Below are positions 51,796 to 64,000 of a DNA stretch of 64,000 nucleotides, in pieces. Below the pieces are notes generated by a model. The model ran no database searches. It saw nothing but the letters and a program-made list of their open reading frames with translations, and was not told where the DNA came from. The position numbers were made by a program, and so were the translations under genes. Numbering within the stretch: the stretch's first letter is position 1; the number at the start of each line of letters is the position of its first letter. Origin of the DNA: Octopus vulgaris (taxonomy: Eukaryota); the NCBI GenBank assembly GCA_951406725.2, contig OX597832.1, positions 66,092,001-66,156,000 on the forward strand. Direction: 5' to 3'.

Positions 51796-53289
51796 TAGTA
51801 GTAGTAATAGTTGTAGTAGTAGTTGTAGTAGATGCGCAGGTGTTGCGTGATATTGATCCTCTTTTTTGCTCTTGTTTTATGTACGTCTTGCTTCCATTTG
51901 TCTCGTATTAGTAGGAAAAGAACAAATTTTCCCAATTCGTTAAATGACATTAGTGGTTTCAATCATTCTGAGTATGGCATATCGGGGTCAGTAATAAGTA
52001 ATTGTCATTGTTATACTTTGCTATTTTCTTCTTATTCATCACGCTTTTTTGATTAGCGTTCATACACATGAAATTAAGACACATTTCGAAAATTATTCGA
52101 ATATAGAGATAAGACGCGTTTTACGCGACCGTACCGATTGCCTCGTGGAGAGGACAATGAGGAGATAAATGGACATGTTGATTACGGTAAGATGATAGAC
52201 TTGACGTTGATAACAACGATGATTATTGCATGATTACGATAATTAAAATGATAATGATGAAATTTTGAAGGTTGAGTGATCAAAGAAATCTGATATATTA
52301 AAGTAACCTCTACTTGAAACATTCAAAAAGATATTGGATGCAGCAGCCTTGTAGTGAAGAATATACACAGGGAAGATCAGCTGCTATAAACTCATAGACC
52401 AACTTCCGGTCATAAAAATAATTCTGATAGATGTTAAATCAAGGCGGTGCTCCAGCATAGACGAAGTTCTAGGATGAAAGCATTAAAATGATAAAATAAT
52501 ACATATGATAACAACCATTTCAATGTAGAGGTCGCCGACAATGAAGAGTGCGAAGACGAGGAATCCGAAGATTATGACCACCACAGCGACGACGTCGACG
52601 ACAACGCGGCTAATGATGATGACTATGATAATTATACTGGTACTTATGTTGTTATATATGATGGTGGTGGTAGTGGTGCTGCTGACTCTGGGGTGTTGAC
52701 GAAGACGATGATGATAATAATGATGACGATGATGATGATGTTGAAAATGATGATGATGATGATGATGATTACGAAATTTCTACGTAAATAAATGGTGTTT
52801 TTCAAAGAATAGTTCAAATGATAAATTCTATGAGATAATAAATGACATGGAACGCTCTTGGCAATTTCAGAACTGCAGTGAACAGCAGCAACATAATGAA
52901 AGAAAGAACCAACGAAAACATACAGAATCGAAGACATTTTTTTCCTTCATACTCAACACCTACGCAGTACACATGAAACATTGAAAAGAAATATATGTAA
53001 TGTGTAGGTGCGTGTGTGTTTGTGTGTGTATTTCTGATGTGTCTCTGTGGTTAGTATATTTATGCAGTGTTTTTGTATGTATATATATATATATATGGAA
53101 CGTGGCTGTAACACTTCTTTCCAGGTGACAGTTCACCGAAGAAGTGAGAATTCGTATCGGTTACCGCTACGATAGCAGCATCTGTAACACTCACCACATT
53201 GTTCTCCACCACATTGTATGTGATTCAGAAATCTGACAATTCATCTGCACCACCTCATACGCTTGCCTTTCTTCAACAGATGGTGGACT

Positions 53290-54060
53290 CAGTAAATAGT
53301 ATCCATTCTCAGCTCGATCTTCCAGTGTAATATATAAACAAAAAAAAACTGAACTACTCCAATCAGTATTCTCATACTCATGTTACATATCCCCCTGCCG
53401 TTATTGATGATGTTTCTCTACCGCACACAGACTCATTATACTATCTTTCTTGTATAATCTTTAATTTTGAATTCTGCAATGGGGTGATACTCCATCGGAT
53501 CAATTTGACCTCTGACAATTTCGGAAGAATCAGCGAAAGAGTTTTTCTGTGAAAAACCTTAGAGCACCTAAAAATTCTCTGTTTATCGAACTGTCTGTTT
53601 ATCCATCTTCCGGTATGGATCTGAGTGCTGAGCACTTTTTCAAAGCCGGATAAAACAAGAGGAAGCGTAGCATATCAGATCACTCCAAAGTATCCTCCGT
53701 CTCAGGTGACAGGATCAGGTGTCTCACGTCGAAATCCTTCTGAGGGCTTGGATCTTCATCATTAAGACCCGATTCATTTGTCGTCTTGGCATGGTTGGCC
53801 ATGTGATTCGGATGCTGGATAACAGTCTCCCAATGATGGTCCTTTCCAGCAAGTTCGTGATCGAGACTGGAAGTAAACCTCATGGTGGTCCAAATCTTCA
53901 TTCTCTCGATCATCTCAAGTGGTCTCCCATTTATTACGGTGTCCTTCCCAATCGGTTCGAAGACCTGGATTCTAATCGGAAGGCATGGATATCCATGTTC
54001 GATGGTATAGAAGAGTACTTTGTAACCGAACACAAAAAAACTGCACGAAGAGAGGAGGCG
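53290..54060 (+). mobile_element. Decayed RTE-type LINE 3' region
   Basis: RLGMVGHVIRMLDNSLPMMVL..DSNRKAW resembles the RTE C-terminal RLRWxGHVxRM.xxRLP motif. Upstream LPSLVYGSE-like cttccggtatggatctgag. Confidence 0.7.
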
Positions 54061-54704
54061 ACATCGTTAACATCTGTAGTCGCTATTGCTCAGGTTTGCT
54101 TTCACTACCCTCATGGATCGGTCGCATCAGCTACGTCTGCTCCCTTGAGATCCAATGTGCTAGAGGTGAAGGAGGATGAATCACTTGGATCGACGCTGTC
54201 ATTATCTTTCATTAGTTGTCATCAGCAAAAGTGAGCAATAGACAGCATAATGATAAACACAAATTTATATTAATGTTTCTATTAATGTGGAGATTTATAG
54301 CCATAAAAGTAAGGAATTATCATGATGATATTTATCCAAATATGCAGAGTGGACAAAGATGTTCAAGGGAATGTCCTCCGCGTGTAACGGACCTCGCAAA
54401 ATTTACCAGCTTTTATGGTGATATATAAGAGATAAAGTTTACTGTACAAAAACAGCAACGTTGGCGACTTAAAGGCAGCCACGGAAAGAGAATCATCAGA
54501 TAGGTTTCTTGATCTTTGCGATTATATTGCTTCGCATAATCAGCGGTGCATGAACGAGATAAATCATCAGTGTGAAAAAAATCGCTCAGAATTAACTTGC
54601 TTTTGTAGAATCTTTAAAACTTTGAAAATGTAATATATTTAATAAACGGTGATATAAAATCATTCGATATGAGTATAAAGTTTGAGGACAGGTGAAATAT
54701 TTGT

Positions 54705-54749
<45 letters not shown>

Positions 54750-54819
54750 TGTGTTTTGTGTGTTGTATGTGTGTATCTATGTATCTCATTAGATGCATTG
54801 AAATTTACAAACCGATAAT

Positions 54820-55998
54820 ACCTGGTTGGGCTGAAAACTTCATAGGCTGTCTATGAAGGAGTGATGCTACAGCTGTGAAATCTTGCAAGCATTAATTCCA
54901 AACCTTTCTTTGTTTTTTTCATTTATAACATCATTGTTTTTTCCCGGTAAACTGATATCTGATAGTTAAAAAAATTCAAATGTAAGTAGTGGCAAACACT
55001 TCAAAATGAACGAATTGACATTCAGTCCAATGACATTCAGTTTGAGATTGTTGATTCATTAGTGGATCACACTCCAGTTTTCTGAACAGAGAAAAAGTGG
55101 GCAGCTAAATTTAGGAGGGGAATGGAATATTCAAGATGGATAAATTGTTGTGTTCACCACGTGCTTATGAATGACAATCGATTGTCTCTAAATCAAATAG
55201 CCAATGTCATTACTATATTTCTAGAGAGTGTTGAAAATATTGTGCACAATGAAGCTGACATTACAAAGGCTTCTACTGAGCGGGCACGACGCCTTGTGAA
55301 TCTGATCAAATGCCCACCAGGTCGATCAGATGACGGGAAAATCTGACATTCTGAGGTAAAAAATTCCAGGCAGTTCCAGCTGGTTTCCCTTAGCGTTTCC
55401 TAATCTACGATGAGTGAGGATCACTGAGCCAGATACAAAGTGACATTCCATTTAGTGGAAACACTTCTCTCTCATTCCAAAGACGGCCATTTCATCAGTA
55501 TGGTAGATGTTGGCCTCAGATGTTTGAGATGCAAAAGGTATTGTGTTTTTGACTATCAATGGAGAAAATAATTGTAACTCGCTGTGACACTTACGAAGCG
55601 CTCAGGATGAGTGACAGAAATTGTTTTCTTTCACCAGGAAAATGCTCCAGCACACATTTCCATGGTTTCTATAGCAGTTGTGTGTGACTGTGGCTTTCAG
55701 CTGGTTGGTCACCTTCTCTATCTTCCGTATTTGGCGCCATCTAACTATCTATCATCTGGTCCCCAACATGAAACAGAGTTTGGTTGAGAACTGGTATCGC
55801 AGAGATAAGGACATCATATGCTAATGATTTTTGACCAATAAAAGGAAAGTTCCTTCTCCAATGAAAGCTAAAGCCTGCACAACGGATGTAAGACATGAGT
55901 GGACCGCAAGGAAAACTATGTTGAAGAATAACCCTCAGATGGTCACATTCCGTGAGAAGATCATGATCGAGCTACCAACCTTTCGAGCGTCCGTCGTA
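54820..55998 (+). mobile_element. Near full-length, heavily decayed mariner transposon
   Basis: Left TIR gggctgaaaacttcataggct; VHHVLMNDNRLSLNQIA..VENIVHNE; FHQENAPAH; HLLYLPYLAPS; right TIR-like end. Confidence 0.8.
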
Positions 55999-56713
55999 AA
56001 ACAGTTATTTTCTTGTAAAGAAACAACTAATTCGAACGAAATGATTTATTGATATGGCTTATAAAAAGGAACCGAAAATGTTATAACACCCCTTTAGTTA
56101 ATGTCAGGCGGTAATAATGCACACATGAAATAGAAGACAAGCAAACACACACACACGCACACACAAACACATACACATACGCACACACATACAAACACAC
56201 ACACATACGCACACACTCACACACAAGGCATACATATGGCTATGCATATAGAAGAGTATTCGCATGAACAAACACACGCGCAGATACACACATATATGTA
56301 TGAATAAACACACGCGCAGATACACACATATATGCATGAGTGTGTGTGTGTGTGTGAGTATGTATGTGTTTGTGTGCATTTGTGAGTACAAAAAACTCAC
56401 GGGCGTAGATGCATAGAAATCACAGTATTCTTTGAGTGACTGATCGAATGAAAACCCGAGAAAATGAACGCACGAAGCAGGGATGCACTTAGTCATTTGT
56501 CGACATTTCTTTAAACACGGAAGAATGCCTTCACTAGCGAAAGATTCAAGGGTGCATAGTGACACTTCGGTACAGAGGCGTCCCTTAGTAAACACTCGCA
56601 TGCTTTTACATGTAGATATAATTACAGAGACGTATACACATATATGTTCACCCATGAATCTACATGCATATACATGCACATACCTGTGCATATTCATATA
56701 TGCAGGTATATAC

Positions 56714-56783
<70 letters not shown>

Positions 56784-56897
56784 GTAAATATATAGGATGG
56801 CGAATCTTTTTAGAAATTTCAACAATAGTGGCCTAGCATAAAATGTCAATAGGCAACATATTCTCAATATGAAATAGTATACATTTAAACACAAGAG

Positions 56898-57029
56898 AAA
56901 ACTACCTTTAACAGGTATTTGTTACACGCTAGATGAAGCAGTCCAAATGACCAAAACCAAAGTACTCACAAATATGGTTTTCGTCGTTTTGACTGCTTTC
57001 TATAGTGTGTAAAAATTACCTGTTAAAGG

Positions 57030-57035
<6 letters not shown>
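56898..57035. repeat. Imperfect 138-bp palindrome (hairpin/MITE-like)
   Basis: aaactacctttaacaggta...tacctgttaaaggtagttt with pairing continuing inwards (ttacacgcta/tagtgtgtaa, aagcagtc/gactgctt, aaaacca/tggtttt). Confidence 0.85.
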
Positions 57036-57095
<60 letters not shown>

Positions 57096-57268
57096 AGATA
57101 GGGGTTGTAAATTCAACCCTACTTGGGATAACATATATCCAATATACTGCTAGAGAAGTACCCAACAAAGCTAATACATAAATGTTAAGAATTGCGATGC
57201 AATTAATTCATTTACTGTATTAGGTGGGCAAAGGTAAAATTATTTTTACCATAAATTAATAATACAAA

Positions 57269-57346
57269 ATAAGAAAATGGAGAAATATATCTAAATTATT
57301 CATCAAATTTGATGAATGATTTAGATATATTTCTCCATTTTCTTAT
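57269..57346. repeat. Near-perfect spacerless 78-bp palindrome
   Basis: ataagaaaatggagaaatatatctaaattattcatcaaa|tttgatgaatgatttagatatatttctccattttcttat, one mismatch. Confidence 0.92.
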
Positions 57347-57400
57347 GTCTAATATGTCTAATAAACGTACACACACACACACGCTTACATGCACACACAC

Positions 57401-57468
<68 letters not shown>

Positions 57469-58438
57469 CAGAGGGATAGATAGAGTGATAGAAGTTTCAG
57501 TAACTATGTCGAGGTGAATGTAGGAATGTACCGTTCAAATATTTTCTCTCCAGCAATGTCGCTTCTGGTTTGGTTGAACTTCTCTTCACAATATATTCCA
57601 ACATTGTTCCAGACTGACTAATGCCTTTAAGCTGAATTTGGTGAGCGGGAATTCGTTGGAAATCTGACGAATATAGAAATACGTAGGTTTGTGTGTCTAT
57701 GTTTACTCACACGTACATGTGCATGCGCCTTTGCTTGTGTGTTAGTTGTTCCAACGCGTTGACAATCGCTGGTGTTACGAGCGTATTTCGGCAAACACAA
57801 TCCTATTAAATATCAGCCTCGAATGTCAGCAGGGTAAGATCCTGAATGTCACTGAAAGAAATTATAAAAAAACGAACAAAAGACAAATATATTTTTCTCT
57901 TCTCATCTCACAATTCTGTAGAGGAATGCAGGTGCATCTCAAGACTTCTACCATTTTTTTGATTGAACCTCCATCTAATAGAACCTATTTGATGTTCGTG
58001 TAAGTGATTTCTTCTTAATTTTATAGTACACAAAAACAGACAGACACATACACACGCATACATACATACACACACGCTCGGTCATTTCAAAATGTAACTA
58101 CACGTGGATTGTTGGCGATTTTTCCTACGTCTTCTTTTTCCTCTGTCTCCTGTTTCTGAAGAAGAGTTTTAATCGAAACGTAAAACTAACTTGCATTCCT
58201 TCCCTGAGCATCTGTTAATAGTTTGCATGTACCACGTCCTCGCGTTCTCGCTTTTTCCTTGTTGCATTTTCATTGTTTTTTGGTGGGGGGATTATATATA
58301 CATATACAGATAGAAATATAACGTGATGTAATAGGGATTTGGAATACGGGCAGGTACCTCTTTAGCGCTCTGGTATAATCCAGTCAAGGCTAACTACATC
58401 GATGTTCAAACCTTTACCGATCCTTGTGAGCTCCACCC

Positions 58439-59834
58439 AGCGCATAGGTAAGACCTTGAACAAACCTGCATAGGAATATCTACCCCTGATGAATATGCAC
58501 TGTAACTAAACTGGTTAAATGGACACAAATGCTACATCAAAAGTCATTAGGATACTTATGCAACCGAAACACGTGTCGGATTGGAATTTAATGTGAATTT
58601 AATGAGATGAATACTGTAATGAATTTTGTATAATTGTATAATTGTATAATTCTCTACTCTTCCTTAAGATTCTTGCATACACACATGCAGACACACACAT
58701 ACACACACATGTATGTAGTATCAGATGATAACCAGATGGAGCCAAATCAGGATAGTAGGGACGGTGATCCATCAGTTTATGGCCAGAGTCATGCACAGTA
58801 GGCATTAAATGCAAGGGTTTGTGTGCGGGGGCATTGTGCAGGGGAAGCAAAACCCCATTCGTCAATGTTCCTGTGCGTTTGGTCTTCATAGCCTTTCGTA
58901 ATTGCCTTAGAAATTTGGCATAGTACTCTCCATTGATGTTGCGGGCCTTTTGAAGATAGTCGATAAACACGATGGTTTTTGCATCCCCAAGACTGAGCAG
59001 CCCTGCAGATGAAACTACCTTGGTCTTTGGAACAGGTGCGGAAGAGTGTTTCTACTGAATAGAATACGTCATTTTCTCTGGTTCAAGCTGGTGAAGCCAA
59101 CACTTATCCTGATGTAAGGAAACATTGAAGGAAACCAGCTGGATGTGCCTCAAACAATATCAGATTTTCCCGGATTGTGGTAAGCGCATAGGTAAGACCT
59201 TGAACAAACCTGCATAGGAATATCTACCCCTGATGAATATGCACTGTAACTAAACTGGTTAAATGGACACAAATGCTACATCAAAAGTCATTAGGATACT
59301 TATGCAACCGAAACACGTGCCGGATTGGAATTTAATGTGAATTTAATGAGATGAATACTGTAATGAATTTTGTATAATTGTATAATTGTATAATTCTCTA
59401 CTCTTCCTTAAGATTCTTGCATACACACATGCAGACACACACATACACACACATGTATGTAGTATCAGATGATAACCAGATGGAGCCAAATCAGGATAGT
59501 AGGGACGGTGATCCATCAGTTTATGGCCAGAGTCATGCACAGTAGGCATTAAATGCAAGGGTTTGTGTGCGGGGGCATTGTGCAGGGGAAGCAAAACCCC
59601 ATTCGTCAATGTTCCTGTGCGTTTGGTCTTCATAGCCTTTCGTAATTGCCTTAGAAATTTGGCATAGTACTCTCCATTGATGTTGCGGGCCTTTTGAAGA
59701 TAGTCGATAAACACGATGGTTTTTGCATCCCCAAGACTGAGCAGCCCTGCAGATGAAACTACCTTGGTCTTTGGAACAGGTGCGGAAGAGTGTTTCTACT
59801 GAATAGAATACGTCATTTTCTCTGGTTCAAGCTG
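58439..59834 (-). repeat. 744-bp period tandem duplication containing a mariner transposase fragment
   Basis: 58439-59090 is repeated at 59183-59834. Identical ORFs FIDYLQKARNINGEYYAKFLRQLRKA..HNAPAH..HRPYYPDLAPSGYHL. Confidence 0.93.
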
Positions 59835-60875
59835 AAATGAAGTGTCTTGCTCGCGTACACAACACTCCGCCGGAGATTGAGCCGAATCACTTAGCCACGC
59901 ACCTTCCGATAGTATCATATTGCACTGTAAAATCACATAGCTTTTTTATGTTCATGGTCATATTGTATTGCGTGCATTAAATATACGTAAGCGATATGGA
60001 TATGTACTCCTCTTTGCAGGGTGAATGTTATGCAAAAATAAACGTAGATCGTTGTGTAAAGTTAAAATAAGTGATCTTAAATCCTGCGATGAAGTTTGTA
60101 TCAACTCTGCCTCTTTCTTTCTCGAAAAACTTAACTCCATCATTTTTTCAGTTTGTCCTCCCCATTTTACACAAATTGTCCAACGCACAATTTGTGTAAA
60201 TTCGTTCGATACTCCCCTTTTCTGCTGACCAACGTACCTCGGCATGACTTCTATCTTGTAGGAACACAACTATACCCTTTTCAAACTTGATACTATTTCA
60301 AAACATGCAATTCACTGAATACAATTGCACTCCCTTCGCCCCCTATACATCAATGACATTGCATTTGGAACTTAGTCCCAATTCGTGAGCCATTATTTCA
60401 TGCGATGAGGTTCATCTTTGGTTTAAACCAGAGCCAACCACATCTCAAACATGAAGTGAAGGACATCTCTACTTTATATGTATCTACATTTACAAAATGA
60501 CTTACAGGTCAAAACCTTTTACATCCCATAAAATACCCAAGCCACATCCATTACCAATTCCCATCTCCGTTTCCATACCTGACATTTCCTTTTGGATTTT
60601 ACCATTCTTACAAGTTTTAACTAGTTTCCTTATTACAGAAGGACTGGTTAAGGTAGTAAAAAACTGCATCAAATGTTTTCTATGCAGCTATTTCTATATA
60701 AATGGGGCCCATCGGAAATTAATCGACAGTGGGCGTCTAAATGAGCAGCACTGTCTGGCACAACGCCTGCCATTTCTGCGAAAATAAACGTATCTTTTGC
60801 TATCTCTGTTCGCCTCCCCCACCTTTCTCTCTCTCTCTCCTCCCTCTCTTTCTCTGTCACTCTCTCTATCTTTTT

Positions 60876-60948
<73 letters not shown>

Positions 60949-61794
60949 ATATCTATCTATCTATCTATCTATCTATATATCTATCTATCTATCTCACGTT
61001 CTATATCTTTCTCATGGCGTTTCATATTAACGTGTTCCTACTCCCTGATACTGACGTGAACAAAAGAGGAGATGCTGGTTCAGATCAACAATTTCCAGGG
61101 GTCAAACAGTCATCTTTTCCCCATTATCAACATATATCCACACTAATACAAACACATACCATCACTACCAACATATTTCACAAAATAATAAAAAAAATGC
61201 ACCGTAATTATTCCCACACAGACTATATAGCCATAAAATATGTAGTCATACACATCGTCACCCTTCCTTGCGCGCGTTAACTCACAGCTGAAAGTGCATA
61301 AACAATTGAATATAAACTGACATACACAACTCTATCTACACAAACTCCCTTGTTCATACACACACCATACATGCAAAAAACATCATTTAAAAAATGTCAT
61401 TGGTGCATTTCTTCATCTTACTTACGCTTAATCTTCAAATATTCTTATTCTTTCCTGAAACACCACAACCATTCTAAGATCCATTCCAGAGTGAGTCAGG
61501 TAACTAACTATAATTGCCATTTCGTTCCACAAAATTTCTGAATCTTCTCCTCATTCATTTTCTTTCTTGTTTATCTTTTAATACAAACTCTGCAAAGTGG
61601 AGAGTTTCACTTCATTGCGCCATTTGTTCATTAAGCAAATATTATGATGGAATTTCTCGTGTTATTTTCAATGTTATTTTTTTTTTCTTAAACACTTCCT
61701 CATACATAAATTGTCACAAGCATAAACTTACAGCTAGCTGTGTATTTTAACACACACACGCAACACTCACACATATGTGAGCGCATATACATAT

Positions 61795-61848
<54 letters not shown>

Positions 61849-61884
61849 GGATAGATAGACACTTTATATACATGTAAATATATA

Positions 61885-61961
<77 letters not shown>

Positions 61962-63130
61962 CAACAACCACTCGTAAACTCGTATATATTGTACCGTGCA
62001 CATAGAAACGATCTGTCGTGATAACATATTTATAACTAATTTAGCTTTAATCCATTTCAAAAGTGAAAAAAAATAAAACCGGGAAAATAAAGAGCTTGAA
62101 ACGTGTTATGATGGGTGACAGAAAAGATAAGCACATCCCCCCAACACACAAGAAGAGCTAAAAGTTAAGACATTTCATTTTATGTGATTATTTCCAGAGC
62201 CGTGATATCGTATGACTTGATTTTACGAAGTAGGCCGTGTTTTAATCAAATAAGACTCTTGATAGACCAAAGAATGAAGCGGAACAATGATGTTAATTTT
62301 GCAAACTTTATTCATTCATATCATTCAGAATTAAACATAGGCGTGGGGGGGATGAAGATGTTTGATTTGGTTGCACACGGAGTGGTACAGAGTTTGATTT
62401 GTATGTGAAACACAAGAGGCAAATTTAATATTTAGTCATTGTCGAGATCGTCATTGTCTTGTGAGCTATACTTGGTATACAGAACTTGTTTATTCGCTTT
62501 CACTCACAAACAAACACAAACACTCACACATGCATATATATGTATGTCTAAAAGTTTAATCCAAAACCATAAGTCCAGAGACTACATATGAACTCTTCAT
62601 TCTCCAACTGTCTGATCAGCTTCCTTTGAACTTCTCACCTCGAAAAATATATATCTATAAGCATTGCTTTAACTGAAGAAGTTTTATGTAATGAATGTAT
62701 TTTTATATCACGCAAACCTGGAACCTACGTATTAAATTATTTCAATGCATCGCTATTTGGTTTCACTTCATTATTACTACTAATACGAATTAAAAATTAA
62801 GAATTAAATAAAAATTAACCGGTCTTGACTCTATTTATGCGGATAATCTAGAAACGATTCGGAGACGTTTCATCCATTTGACGCAAGTACCCTGCAACGC
62901 TTCTTAACGTTACACGAAATATTCATGCATACATGGACACACATAACACATACACACACACACACACACATACACACATATATTTCCAATGTGTTATGTA
63001 TGTGAGTATGTGTAAGTATTTGTATGTGTGAACATATTCATATATGTAGATATGTATATATATATGTATATTTTATCTATCTATCTACATATTTCTCTAC
63101 CATATTTTTATTTCTCTCTTATTCTCTCTC

Positions 63131-63196
<66 letters not shown>

Positions 63197-63354
63197 CATA
63201 TGTCTCACACGTATATCTTTACGTATGCCTCTTCGGTGTAAATTTCTTCATCTCCATAAGAATTTCTCAAATCCCATCCAATCAGGCAATCCCTTATTCA
63301 GTGGCGCAATATGTCCTATCTGTAAATACACTTGCTCAGTTCTGTCAAAATCAT

Positions 63355-63562
63355 CGTTTCTCTTCTAGATACAAGGCTCTAAGTTTTGGGAGAGTGGGCC
63401 AGTCGATTAGATCGACGCCAGTACGTAACTGGTACTTAATTTATCGGCCCCGAATGGATTAAAGGCACTGTCGATTTCGGCGGAGTTTGAAATCACAACG
63501 TAAAGACAGACGAATACCGATAAGCATTTCGCCTGGCGTACTAACATTTCTGCCAGCTCACC
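63355..63562 (-). mobile_element. tRNA-derived SINE (47150 family)
   Basis: Reverse complement ggtgagctggcagaaatgttagtacgccaggcgaaatgctta..cgtctgtctttacgtt matches the 47150 copy. Confidence 0.8.
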
Positions 63563-64000
63563 GTTATTGTCCTTACAAAATTATGGAAGTAATTTAGTCG
63601 ATGGCAATGCTACAATTATTTCTGTTGAAGAGTCTTCTGGGGAGAGTCTACTAAATTCAGTTAGCCAGTCTTGCCATTTATCGAGTCACATTTTGGCCCT
63701 TGAATGAAGTTAAGCTCGGAAGCGCTTTACGGATAATTCGTCCATTATACGTCGAACTTACAATTATCTCCGTCAATTGAAAAAGAGGAATGTATATTTT
63801 AAAATACGTTGGTGGATTGTAGGGTATGAATTTTGTAATATTGAGTGTCTGTTTATAAAGAAAAGCAATTGCATGGATACCTCTCCCAAGAATGCAAGCC
63901 AGGTAAGGAAAATCAAGAAGAAACACTGACGTTTAACCGAGGTCACTCGGACATAAATATGAGAAAACTATGGTGTCTGCACTGAATGAATTTATTAAAA

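Noticed and set aside
59958-60269. ORF with YVGQ, possibly GIY-YIG
   Set aside because: No supporting upstream GIY or downstream R..H motifs could be read with confidence.

Overview
AT-rich, microsatellite-saturated eukaryotic non-genic (intronic or intergenic) DNA. The SINE families resemble Octopus/cephalopod repeats; this is recognition, not a search. No host protein-coding gene is supportable, and most ORF-track entries are translations of (TA)n, (CA)n, (ATT)n or (CTAT)n. The recognisable content is mobile DNA: R4/Dong-like REL-endonuclease non-LTR retrotransposons sitting in (TAA)n tracts, decayed Penelope-like elements (RT + GIY-YIG) with hammerhead ribozymes, CR1/L2- and RTE-type LINE fragments, mariner remnants and MITEs, and tRNA-derived SINEs. 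The main observation concerns two non-coding ~0.86-0.9 kb partial-tandem repeat families (18165-19600 plus 42497-42880; 20454-22371) that show no evident sequence similarity to each other. Each carries all hammerhead core elements (CUGAAGA, GAAA, NUC) with fully complementary stems I-III, but in an order that is not type I, II or III. The topology is the same in both families while the helix sequences differ. This suggests a rearranged (pseudoknotted or dimer-assembled) hammerhead retrozyme system. Cleavage activity is inferred, not shown.
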